DNA of 64,000 nt from Antedon mediterranea. Taxonomy: Eukaryota; Animalia; Echinodermata. Below are positions 15,001 through 25,908 of this stretch, one piece after another (positions within the stretch are counted from its first letter, which is position 1; the number at the start of each line of letters is the position of its first letter). The position numbers and the translations under genes are program-made. The stretch covers positions 30,442,001 to 30,506,000 of the forward strand of contig NC_092674.1 of assembly GCF_964355755.1 (NCBI RefSeq). The letters run 5' to 3'. The notes below the pieces were generated by a model. It was not told the origin of the DNA and ran no database searches. It saw only the letters and a program-made list of their open reading frames with translations.

Positions 15001-16291
15001 TTCTATAGTATGCCTCCGGCTGCTTTTGCACAGTAATTCAAACAGTACTTACAGTATTACGGTCAGTCTAATTACCGAAAACAACCGAAAATAACCGAAA
15101 ACAACCATAAACAACCGAAAACAACCACAAACAACCGAAAACAACCATAAACAACCAAAAACAACCATAAACAACCGAAAACGAACCGAAAACAAACCTA
15201 AAACAACATAAAATAATCTAAATACCGAAAACAAATTTGTATAATATTTTTTTAATGTCGCCCTCTATTGATGGGTGTTTCTAAATCTAAGACCATAACA
15301 GAGACAAAAAACCGCGCGCGCAAAAGCCAAGGAAGACCCTACGATGACAGTGTGCACAAAATACAACTAAAAATCGTACAATCAATCAATTGATAACATC
15401 GCATTTACTTACAGAATCTATAAAAATATTTTAATTTTAGTCTTTCGATTTTTGATCCAGAAACCAGCGCATTACTCCTTGTTTTTGAGTTCGTGTTGTG
15501 TCCGTTGGATATTGTGCTCCGCCAACAGAGCAAACAGAATTTCTATGTTTTTCCTAAAACAAATGATAATAAATGATACTTGACTTGACTTGACTTGACA
15601 ATAATTATGAATATGTTAATCCATAGTATAGAAAGTAAATTGACTATGGTTAATCATGATCAATTTAATTATAGATTTTCAAAGATAAATTATACAAAGA
15701 TACTAGGGACTATAAAGTATACTATCCTTAATCGCTTCAGTATTCACTTAAGTGACGAAACCGGGGACGAAAACGCAAAGTTAGGTAAAATCATGCTTTG
15801 TTTTTGAAAAGACTAAAAACGAAATGTGTTTATAGATTTTGTAAGTAAATGTAGTCTACGGTGTATTTCATTGAATTTGTACGATTTTTAGTTGTATTTT
15901 GTGCACACTACCATTTCGTAGGGTCTTCCATGATTTTTGCGCCTCTGTGTATGGTCTTAGCTTTAGAAACACCCATCAATAGAGGGCGACATTAAAAAAA
16001 ATATTATACAAAATTTGTTTTCGGTATTTAGATTTTTTAAATTTTGTTTTCGGTTTGTTTTCGGTTTGTTTTCGGTTGTTTACGGTTGTTTTCGGTTGTT
16101 TATGGTTGTTTTCGGTTATTTTCGGTTGTTTTCGGTAATTAGACTGACCCCAGTATTACTAAGAAGTATTTAGGCCTAACGTCGTGACAGTGAGAGATAG
16201 ACTCTATGACACGTTATACTTTAATAACTATATGTTTTCTTAAATAATAGGCTTACTAATGATATTTATGCTTACCTAAATGTGAACTCAT
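1..16291 (-). CDS. VWA3B: von Willebrand factor A domain-containing protein 3B, multi-exon, 3' end outside window. Approx. coding exons: 16276-16291, 13140-13386, ~8767-8865, 8176-8428, 7735-7895, 7234-7403, 6707-6921, 6228-6425, 5862-6018, 5560-5697, 5221-5451, 4687-5022, 4326-4548, ~3996-4107, 3546-3761, 3232-3405, 2724-3126, 1852-2003, 1269-1392, 694-828, 361-515, 145-294, 1-50
   Basis: GT-AG-bounded exons give MSSHLGPKFDLPNLP..., SLISSKKWLATYGLKKNRLNLGQILSSIGF, RIEWLTTESRRFFGVIEERCISIVID, RFHAFAF...LGGIPPGAGTREDVVLVWSELEEA and the VWA motifs LIDTSNS / GSTNTLAALKIAL / AVYLLTDGRPD. These match my recollection of vertebrate VWA3B (SLISSEKWLQLHGLKSNKLTLKQILSQIGF; KLPPGAGVREDVFLVWQEMEEA). Confidence 0.9.
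1015..1215 (-). mobile_element. Possible degenerate LINE 3' fragment in a VWA3B intron
   Basis: Higher-GC stretch whose minus-strand translation contains ...FPVRDWSTLP..., resembling the SFFPRTIRDWNSLP end of CR1/L2-type ORF2; disrupted by stops. Confidence 0.3.
9552..12985 (+). mobile_element. Non-autonomous AcademX-type DNA transposon (internally deleted) in a VWA3B intron
   Basis: Termini TAGCAGGGT...ACCCTGCTA flanked by a 3-bp duplication CCA (9549-9551 / 12986-12988). Long inverted repeats ~9552-10320 and ~12243-12985. The internal protein has XPG/FEN-like nuclease motifs and a Cys-rich C-terminus, the architecture described for Academ. Confidence 0.8.
10315..12348 (+). pseudogene. Truncated Academ transposase C-terminal half (XPG/PIN-like nuclease plus Cys-rich domain) with 3 spliceosomal introns
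   Basis: Motifs LFSRLYIA, HENQP, RIDIVWDTY, VRTVDTDVVVIL, LPVFHAFTGSDTTSQFFGK, IPPTQDALLQH and CGCKK..CSGNCKC. Introns at 10852-10955, 11226-11360 and 11937-12045 (all GT-AG). Frameshift near 11165; the HEEADTR motif is reduced to HEE at ~11410-11420. Confidence 0.8.
13618..13814. repeat. Minisatellite, ~32-35-bp unit x6 (aaaatatgacatgtgggtaccagtggctggat)
   Basis: Direct tandem copies visible; explains ORFs 13435-13794 and 13613-13843. Confidence 0.95.
14326..14488. mobile_element. PIF/Harbinger-type MITE, family A (AGCTCTGTCTACACTATCAAAC...GTTTGATAGTGTAGACAGAGCT)
   Basis: Terminal inverted repeats flanked by TTA/TAA; internal ccaaatatggtagtgat repeats; nine copies in the window. Confidence 0.75.
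15061..16150. mobile_element. Mutator-like foldback element with ~300-bp inverted arms containing 10-bp subterminal repeats (aaaacaaccg)
   Basis: GGTCAGTCTAATTACCGAAAAC at 15061 is inverted at ~16128-16149. Perfect 9-bp duplication CAGTATTAC at 15052-15060 and 16151-16159. No coding capacity. Confidence 0.85.
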
Positions 16292-16399
16292 AACTCAACA
16301 AGGTGTTCTATTTATAAAAATTCCATTATCTACCGGCTAAGTACGAGTACTTAATGCTTCATACTCAGCACCGTGAATTTTCATTTCGTTTTTGTTTTG

Positions 16400-16445
16400 G
16401 TCTCAGTTGCCAGGGTTGATGACGTAAAATAAACCAATCAAATTG
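16400..16445 (-). promoter_or_regulatory. Candidate VWA3B proximal promoter: X-box-like GTTGCCAGGG, TGACGT and CCAATCA
   Basis: Motif cluster ~110-150 bp upstream of the VWA3B ATG. The RFX X-box match is imperfect. Confidence 0.35.
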
Positions 16446-16991
16446 CTTCATTCTTTGATCAGTATTAAGTCCTCGTTCACAAACAAAAATGTTACTAAAA
16501 TTAATTTTTCAAGTTTTAATCTAATTATAAATACATTTCAAAATACATAATATTACGTACATAATTTTAATCAAAATTAATTATTTCTGATTTTATCATT
16601 CAATCAAAATATACCAGACCTTAAAAGTCTACCACAGTGGGCGTGTTCATTGTATTACATTATACTTTCATACAGACGTTCTTTGGTAAAACATTCGACC
16701 ATGCATAACTTGCCAATATGGTATATTGTATATACCTCAGGGAAGTGATGAGATAATGGAGCTATATATCCAATACCAAATTGGCGAGTAAATCATGTTT
16801 TACTTTAAATTAAATGTATACGCTCTTCCACAAGGTAAATTGTTAGTTATACATACAGACTATATTAAAACAATGATTTTGAACACGTAGGGCATTTCTT
16901 TGAATTCTTTCCTATTGTCGTTTTGTGGTAATTTACAGCTTTTTATATGTTTAACAAACGTACATAATCAATTGCGTCTGCATCATGCTAG

Positions 16992-17014
16992 ACTACAACT
17001 TCCGGTAGTGACGT
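16992..17014. promoter_or_regulatory. Promoter-like motif cluster: ACTACAACTTCCGG (ZNF143/THAP11-like plus ETS core) and TGACGT (CRE)
   Basis: Motifs seen directly in the sequence; function inferred. Confidence 0.35.
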
Positions 17015-17149
17015 AATCAGCATATTTTTGGTAATAAAACTTTTTCACTAAGCTAGGGAATCTTCTGATATCAATATTCATTAGACCGTACTTTAGTTAG
17101 CCAATCAAAATAAACGTATAAACAATTTTGCGGCGATGTTGTTGAAGTA

Positions 17150-20100
17150 AAATATACTGTGTTTTACAATAACCAATTTGGTTAGAGTAAAACACAATGA
17201 TAAAGAATAGGAAACATTTAATAATATGATAAATGTCATTACATAGCAATTTATCACTGTGTTTTACTATAACCAATTTGGTTAGAGTAAAACACAATGA
17301 TATAGAATAGGCAACATTTAATAATATGATAAATGACATTTACATAGCAATTTAGCACTGTGTTTTACTATAAACAATTTGGTTAAAGTAAAGCAGAATG
17401 ATAAAGAATAGGAATTCAATAATATGATATATGACATTTACATAGCAATTTAGCACTGTGTTTTACTATAACCAATTTGGTTAGAGTAAAACACAATGAT
17501 AAAGAATAGGAAACATTTAATAATATGATATATGACATTCACATAGCAATTTAGCACTGTGTTTTACTATAACCAATTTGGTTAGAGTAAAACACAATGA
17601 TATAGAATAGGAAACATTTAATAATTTGATAAATGACATTTACATAGCAATTTAGCACTGTGTTTTACTATAACCAATTTGGTTAAAGTAAAACACAATG
17701 ATAAAGAATAGGAAACACTTAATAATATGATAAATGACATTTACATAGCAATTTAGCACTGTGTTTTACTATAACCAATTTGGTTAAAGTAAAGCAGAAT
17801 GATAAAGAATAGGAATTTAATAATATGATATATGACATTTACATAGCAATTTAGCACTGTGTTTTACTATAACCAATTTGGTTAGAGTAAAACACAATGA
17901 TAAAGAATAGGAAATATTTAATAATAATGATTATTTACATAGCAATTTAGCACTGTGTTTTACTATAACCAATTTGGTTATAGTAAAACACAATGATATA
18001 GAATAGGAAACATTTAATAATATGATAAATGACATTTACATAGCAATTTATCACTGTGTTTTACTATAACCAATTTGGTTAGAGTAAAACACAATGATAA
18101 AGAATAGGCAACATTTAATAATATGATAAATGACATTTACATAGCAATTTAGCACTGTGTTTTACTATAAACAATTTGGTTAAAGTAAAGCAGAATGATA
18201 AAGAATAGGAATTTAATAATATGATATATGACATTTACATAGCAATTTAGCACTGTGTTTTACTATAACCAATTTGGTTAGAGTAAAACACAATGATAAA
18301 GAATAGGAAACATTTAATAATATGATATATGACATTCACATAGCAATTTAGCACTGTGTTTTACTATAACCAATTTGGTTAGAGTAAAACACAATGATAT
18401 AGAATAGGAAACATTTAATAATTTGATAAATGACATTTACATAGCAATTTAGCACTGTGTTTTACTATAACCAATTTGGTTAAAGTAAAACACAATGATA
18501 AAGAATAGGAAACACTTAATAATATGATAAATGACATTTACATAGCAATTTAGCACTGTGTTTTACTATAACCAATTTGGTTAAAGTAAAGCAGAATGAT
18601 AAAGAATAGGAATTTAATAATATGATATATGACATTTACATAGCAATTTAGCACTGTGTTTTACTATAACCAATTTGGTTAGAGTAAAACACAATGATAA
18701 AGAATAGGAAATATTTAATAATAATGATTATTTACATAGCAATTTAGCACTGTGTTTTACTATAACCAATTTGGTTATAGTAAAACACAATGATATAGAA
18801 TAGGAAACATTTAATAATATGATAAATGACATTTACATAGCAATTTATCACTGTGTTTTACTATAACCAATTTGGTTAGAGTAAAACACAATGATAAAGA
18901 ATAGGAAACATTTAATAATAATGATTATTTACATAGCAATTTAGCACTGTGTTTTACTATAACCAATTTGGTTATAGTAAAACACAATGATAAAGAATAG
19001 GAAACATTTAATGATATGATATATGACATTCACATAGCAATTTAGCACTGTGTTTTACTATAACCAATTTGGTTAGAGTAAAACACAATGATATAGAATA
19101 GGAAACATTTAATAATTTGATAAATGACATTTACATAGCAATTTAGCACTGTGTTTTACTATAACCAATTTGGTTAAAGTAAAAAACAATGATAAAGAAT
19201 AGGAAACACTTAATAATATGATAAATGACATTTACATAGCAATTTAGCACTGTGTTTTACTATAACCAATTTGGTTAAAGTAAAGCAGAATGATAAAGAA
19301 TAGGAATTTAATAATATGATATATGACATTTACATAGCAATTTAGCACTGTGTTTTACTATAACCAATTTGGTTAGAGTAAAACACAATGATAAAGAATA
19401 GGAAATATTTAATAATAATGATTATTTACATAGCAATTTAGCACTGTGTTTTACTATAACCCATTTGGTTATAGTAAAACACAATGATATAGAATAGGAA
19501 ACATTTAATAATATGATAAATGACATTTACATATCAATTTATCACTGTGTTTTACTATAACCAATTTGGTTATGGTAAAGCACAATGATATAGAATAGGA
19601 AACATTTAATAATATGATAAATGTCATTACATAGCAATTTAGCACTGTGTTTTACTATAACCAATTTGGTTAGAGTAAAACACAATGACAAAGAATAGGA
19701 AACATTTAATAATAATGATTGTTTACATAGCTAGCAATTTAGCACAATGTTTTACTATAACCAATTTGGTTATGGTAAAGCACAATGATATAGAATAGGA
19801 AACATTTAATAATATGATAAATGTCATTACATAGAAATTTAGCACTGTGTTTTACTATAACCAATTTGGTTAGAGTAAAACACAATGATAAAGAATAGGA
19901 AACATTTAATAACATGATAAATGACATTCACATAGAAATTTAGCACTGTGTTTTACTATAACCAATTTGATTAGAGTAAAGCACAATGATAAAGAATATG
20001 AAACATTTAATAATATGATAAATGACATTTACATAGTAATTTATCACTGTGTTTTACTATAACCAATTTGGTTAGAGTAAAACATTTTAACTATGATAAA

Positions 20101-20260
20101 TGATATTTAGCACTGTGCTGGATACAGTAAAACACAAATTAAGAATAGGAAACATATAATAATATGATACATTTACATACAAATTTAGTATTGTGTTTTA
20201 CTATAGCCAATTTGGTTACAGTAAAACACAATGATAATGAAACATTTATTATATGATATT
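17150..20260 (+). repeat. Satellite array, ~100-bp monomer x ~30, with internal palindrome and 8-mer higher-order repeat
   Basis: Period 101 bp (17451 to 17552). Diagnostic variants recur at 797-bp spacing (17311/18108; 17371/18168). Confidence 0.95.
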
Positions 20261-20289
20261 ATTTACATACCAAAATATTATATTAAACA

Positions 20290-22160
20290 TATCTTATTAT
20301 CTAAACGTTATGAAAAGAATAGGATACATATAATGTAATAATATAATAAATACAAGTTACATAGTTTATCATCTTGTTTTACAGTAAAAGCAATTTGGTA
20401 ACACAGTTAAACACAGTGGTAAAGAATAGATACTGTTTTAGGTTATATAACCCTAACCCTAGTTTGAAGCGACATAATAAATTCATCGCGAAAAAGTACG
20501 TATCGTATTCAGAAACTTTTGAAATTTGTTAGATATGTTTAATAGGTTCTTACGTCTATAAAACAAACAAAAAATATAAATTTCACAAAAAATTCGTGAT
20601 TTTAATAATTTGCATTTCTAAAAATGTACACTTATGAAATACTATACATTTTCCAACACATTTTTACTTCATTGATGATTCCCAGAAATCAAAATAAAAC
20701 AAATTATGATATTTCTTTTACATTATAGATGTAAGAACCTATATTGAACATGTACCAAATTTCAAACGTTTTTTAAGACGATACGTATTTTTATCGATGA
20801 ATTAAGTATGTGATCGCTTCAAACTAGGGTTAGGGTTAAATAACCTAACAGTTCATTCTTTAACACTGTGTTTAACTTTTAACCAAATTGGTTTTAGTAC
20901 AACACAATGATAAACTATGTACATTTTATTTTTCATATTACATTATAGGATACATATAATGTAATAATAATAAATACAAGTTACATAGTTTATCATCTTG
21001 TTTTACAGAACCAATTTGGTTACACAGTTAAACACAATGATAAAGAATAGACACTGTTTTAGGTTATATAACTCTAACCCTAGTATAGTTTGAAGCGATC
21101 ACATACTTAATTCATCGCGAAAAAATACGTATTCAAATTTGGTAAATATGTTCAATAGGTTCTTACGTCTATAAAACAAACAAAAAATCAAAGTTTCAAG
21201 ACAAATTCGTGATTTTAATAATTTGCATTTCTAAACATTTACACTTATGAAAGACAATACATTTCCAACACATTTTTACTTCATTGATGATTCTCAGAAA
21301 TCAAAATAAAACTATTAGGATATTTCTTTTGCATTATAGATGTAAGAACCTATATTGAACATATCTACCAAATATCAAACGTTTTTCAAGACGATACGTA
21401 TTTTTAGCGATGAATATTAAATATGTGATCGCTTCAAACTAGGGTTAGGGTTAAATAAACTAAAACAGTTCTATTCTTTATCACTCACTGTGTTTAACTT
21501 TTAACCAAAATGGTTATAGTAAAACACAATGATAAACTTATATGTCAATTTTATTTTTCATAACATAAAATGTTTGATATTCTTTATAATATTTAATATT
21601 ATATTTTAGGCCTACTATTAATGACGTATAAATGCACACTACATCTGAAATAACTTTCTACTTCATTGGCGATTTTTACCAAAAAAAAGAACTAATTTTG
21701 TTATGTATATAGAGCAACCTATTATAACATGTCTTGTATGATTTTTATCTCGTTTCAATGACATTTTATACTACAATTCAAATGAAAAAGCATCACAAAA
21801 AAATACGTCTGGTATTCAAAAAGTTTCTAAACTCGGTACACAGAAAAAAGGAAATGTTGAAAATGTATGGTCTTTCATAAGTGTGAATTTTTTGAAATGC
21901 AAATAATGGAAATCATCGATTTGTCTTGAAATTTATAATTTGTTTTGTCTTATTGAACATATCTATACAAAATGTCGAACGTTTCTGAATACGATACGTT
22001 TTTTATCTCGATGAATTTATAATGTCGCTTCAAACTAGAGGGTAGGGTAGTAACCTAACAAGTATCTATTCTTTATCACTATGTTTAACTGTGTAACCAT
22101 ATTGGTTCTAATAAAAAACAATGATAAACTATGTAAATTGTATGTTTCATATATTACATT
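20290..22160. repeat. Tandem ~620-bp palindromic units (20290-20945, 20945-21570, partial ~21790-22160) with paired telomere-like hexamers
   Basis: aaccctaaccctagtttgaagcga ... tcgcttcaaactagggttagggtt bracket each unit, and each unit is flanked by degenerate copies of the 100-bp satellite. Confidence 0.8.
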
Positions 22161-22475
22161 TTTGCCAAAAAAAATTATTGGGAATGTTAAATTTCTTTTT
22201 CATGACATATATCTACAAATTTCAGAAGCTTTTGAGTACGAGTATTTTACGCGATGTTTTTTTATCCTCATTTTAATATTTTGGTAATGTAATTCACATA
22301 AAGTTTTGTATCCAAAAATTGTTTATTCTTGGGTAGAAATGAGGAAATAAATAGTATTCCTGTATAATATAATAATCAATAATAAAGTATAAAAAAAGTG
22401 TTGTGTAAACGAACGTTTTTTACGCTTCGAATTTTCTGTTACATTATGTTTGAATTGAAGCTACAGATATTGAAT

Positions 22476-22510
22476 CATGGACCTATAAATTAGTAATTTA
22501 TAGGTCCATG
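22476..22510. mobile_element. 35-bp palindrome (17+1+17) with 7-bp target duplication; candidate P-superfamily excision footprint
   Basis: attgaat|CATGGACCTATAAATTA g TAATTTATAGGTCCATG|attgaac. Confidence 0.65.
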
Positions 22511-22790
22511 ATTGAACATATCGTCACTCACCACACATTTTTTGTTTTGTATTTTGAAAGTATTTATTCTAAAGAACAATTGATGCAAACATCAACTGCG
22601 TAACTTATTTCATTAATTAATTATATTAATTATAATTTGGCGATTATTCGTCACACGAAGAGTCGAATATCGATTCGTCTCGTCATGGGCCGGAAGAAAA
22701 CGTGCATTGCGCACACTGTTTACGCGCCTCAACAATAAACGGCGAATATGCGATTCGTCACTTATGGAACGCCGTTTTACACAAGTTTTT

Positions 22791-23677
22791 GGCGATGATA
22801 AAAATTGCGTCGATGATGAAATTGCGTCGATGAAAATTGCATCGACGCAATGTAGATTGCGTCGATGCAATGTAGATTGCGTCGACGCAATTTACATTGC
22901 GTCGATGAAAATTGCATCGATTAAAATTGCGTCGATGAAAATTGCGTCGATGAAAACTGCATCGATGAAAATTGCGTCGATGAAAACTGCATCGATGAAA
23001 ATTGATGTGATGAATTTAATTGATTATGAAAATTCCAAATGGTTTTAATTCAATCAATGATGAAATGACTACTAGTAAAGTAAATGATGATGTTAATAAT
23101 GATGTTAATAATGTTATTATGTTGCTAAAAATTGACGGTTTCTGAATATTTTGATATGATAAACATGTTTACCGCTTGCGCTAGCGCGCGTTATAGACAA
23201 GCGCACAGTGATCGCGCACTAAAACAAGGTTGAAATATATGCACTGATTAACATTTTAGTGATTTATTGTCAACACATTTTAGCAATGGATCCATTATTG
23301 TCCTTTCGGACACATTATATCTTCTAGCTAATTGCTTCCGTTAATCCACCAGTTCAGTACATAAAATCCAGAGGTCCAGCATCCATGACATCATATTCAA
23401 ATCATACCGGCAGGGAGATCGCAATTTTCATCGATGAAAACTGCATCGATGAAAATTATTTTTTTTTTCATCGATGCAGTTTTCATCGATGCAGTTTTCA
23501 TCGACGCAATTTTCATCGACGCAATTTTCATCACATTAACGCAATTTTCATTACATCGACGCAATTTCATCGACGCAATGTTCATCACATCATTATATCA
23601 ATACTATATTCATCGACGCAATTTTCATCACATCGACGCAATTTTCATTGCATCATCGACGCGATTTTATCATCGCC
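22791..23677. mobile_element. Nested MITE/foldback with inverted 15-bp repeat arrays (aaaattgcgtcgatg)n / (catcgacgcaatttt)n
   Basis: ggcgatgataaaaattgcgtcgatgatg at 22791 is inverted at ~23651-23677. No clear TSD. Explains the (IASMK)n ORFs. Confidence 0.7.
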
Positions 23678-24059
23678 TAAACTGGCATTCCACACTAATT
23701 GCGTGTGATCTGATTGGTGTATTATAAATAAATTCATCGCGATGAATTTTTCAGTAGATGTAATGAGACAGTTCAGTAGATGTAATGACAGTTAATTTAA
23801 TTGTTCTGCTCTTTTTGTACAAATCTATACTACTTTATATTATGGATTTTGTAGTACTGTTAAAATTATTAAATCTCTGGAAGTGTGTTTTACGAGTATG
23901 TCCGCAAATTTATGCGTTTACGGTTTTAAAATGTGAGTTTTAAATAGCGAACATGATCTTGTTGGTGCACTACGCACGCAGTATTCCAAAATGTCTTACT
24001 AATTGGGAGAAAATCATATTGTATCATATCATATTATATCCATTCTTTAAATTCATATT

Positions 24060-25600
24060 CTTTATCCAAAACTAAATTGGTATAGTAAAACACAGTGCTA
24101 GCAATTTATCATATTATTAAATGTTTCATATTCTTTATCATTGTGTTTTACTCTAATCAAATTGGTATAGTAAAACACAGTGCTAAATTGCTATGTGAAT
24201 GTCATTTATCATATTTTTAAATGTTTCCTATTCTTTATCATTGTGCTTTACCATAACCAAATTGGTTATAGTAAAACACAGTGCTAAATTGCTATGTAAA
24301 TGTTATATATCATATTATTAAATTCCTATTCTTTATCATTGTGTTTTACTCTAACCAAATTGGTTATAGTAAAACACAGTGATAAATTGCTATGTAAATG
24401 TAATTTATCATATTATTAAATGTTTCCTATTCTTTATCATTGTGTTTTACTCTAACCAAATTGGTTATAGTAAAACACAGTGATAAATTGCTATGTAACT
24501 GTAATTTATCATGTTATTAAATGTTTCCTATTCTTTATCGTTGAGTTTTACTCTAATCAAATTGGTTATAGTAAAACACAGTGCTAAATTGCTATGTAAA
24601 TGTTATATATCATATTATTAAATGTTTCCTATTCTTTATCATTGTGTTTTACTCTAATCTGATTTGTTATAGTAAAACACAGTGCTAAATTGCTATGTGA
24701 ATGTCATTTATCATGTTATTAAATGTTTCCTATTCTTTATCATTGTGCTTTACTCTAACCAAATTGGTTATAGTAAAACACAGTGCTAAATTGCTATGTA
24801 AATGTCATTTATCATGTTATTAAATGTTTCTTATTCTTTATCATTGTGTTTTACTCTAACCAAATTGGTTAGAGTAAAACACAGTGATAAATTGCTATGT
24901 AAATGTAATTTATCATATTATTAAATGTTTCCTATTCTTTATCATTGTGTTTTACTCTAACCAAATTGGTTATAGTAAAACACAGTGATAAATTGCTATG
25001 TAAATGTAATTTATCATGTTATTAAATGTTTCCTATTCTTTATCGTTGTGTTTTACTCTAATCAAATTGGTTATAGTAAAACACAGTGCTAAATTGCTAT
25101 GTAAATGTTATATATCATATTATTAAATGTTTCCTATTCTTTATCATTGTGTTTTACTCTAATCTGATTGGTTATAGTAAAACACAGTGCTAAATTGCTA
25201 TGTGAATGTCATTTATCATGTTATTAAATGTTTCCTATTCTTTATCATTGTGCTTTACTCTAACCAAATTGGTTATAGTAAAACACAGTGCTAAATTGCT
25301 AAATGTCATTTATCATGTTATTAAATGTTTCTTATTCTTTATCATTGTGTTTTACTCTAACCAAATTGGTTATAGTAAAACACAGTGCTAAAAATTGCTA
25401 TGTAAATGTAATTTATCATATTATTAAATGTTTCCTATTCTTTATCATTGTGTTTTACTCTAACCAAATTGGTTATAATTTATTTAATTTCATTTCAAAA
25501 GACATTTACCTAAATTGCTATTTAAATGTCATTTATCAAATTATTAAATGTTTCCTATTATTTATCTGGTTATATAGTAAAACACTGTGCTAAATTGCTA
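24060..25600 (-). repeat. Same ~100-bp satellite as 17150-20260, inverted, ~15 copies
   Basis: Reverse-complement monomers; nearly identical spurious ORF translations on opposite strands (19739-19927 minus vs 25206-25391 plus). Confidence 0.95.
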
Positions 25601-25644
25601 TTGTATTAAGGACGAGTTCCGAGAAGATGTATTCAAAGCTACAA

Positions 25645-25694
25645 CCAATCAGAACAGTGTTAATCAATATAGTCCATGGCTACAGCCAATCAGA
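25645..25694 (+). promoter_or_regulatory. Two CCAATCAGA (NF-Y-type) boxes 41 bp apart, upstream of the ZDHHC ATG
   Basis: At 25645-25653 and 25686-25694, inside the right end of the 9-kb element. Confidence 0.45.
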
Positions 25695-25908
25695 AACGTC
25701 CAAATCGCAATAACCCCTAGGCTAATAGAAATTATTGGTCCGAGTAGCCTTTTCAACCAGACGTTGCGAGGTTTAAAAAGTAAAACATGATTTACTCGCC
25801 AGTTTGGTATAGTTTATATACCTGGATAATGACCAGCAGAGTAGCTAGAGAAATGAATCACCGAATTGTAGTTTTCTCTTTCATTGTGAAGTAGTTTAGG
25901 CCTTAAAA

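Larger units (their letters stand above)
16759..25824. mobile_element. ~9.07-kb non-coding foldback-like element between divergent VWA3B and ZDHHC
   Basis: 48-bp ungapped terminal inverted repeats with 6 mismatches (gagctatatatccaataccaaattggcgagtaaatcatgttttacttt vs reverse complement of 25777-25824). Direct repeat GATAATG at 16752-16758 and 25825-25831. Oppositely oriented satellite arms inside. Confidence 0.65.

Noticed and set aside
16738-16750. CAGGGAAGTG identical to the start of the 56170 footprint, next to the large element
   Set aside because: No matching CTTCCCTG end or TSD nearby; a 10-bp match may be chance.
22613-23727. ORFs with (IASMK)n / (IDAIF)n repeats
   Set aside because: Products of the 15-bp repeat arrays in a non-coding inverted-repeat element.
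17150-25600. CRISPR-like appearance (palindromic repeat at regular spacing)
   Set aside because: The intervening sequences are near-identical rather than unique spacers, there are no cas genes, and the context is eukaryotic; it is a satellite.
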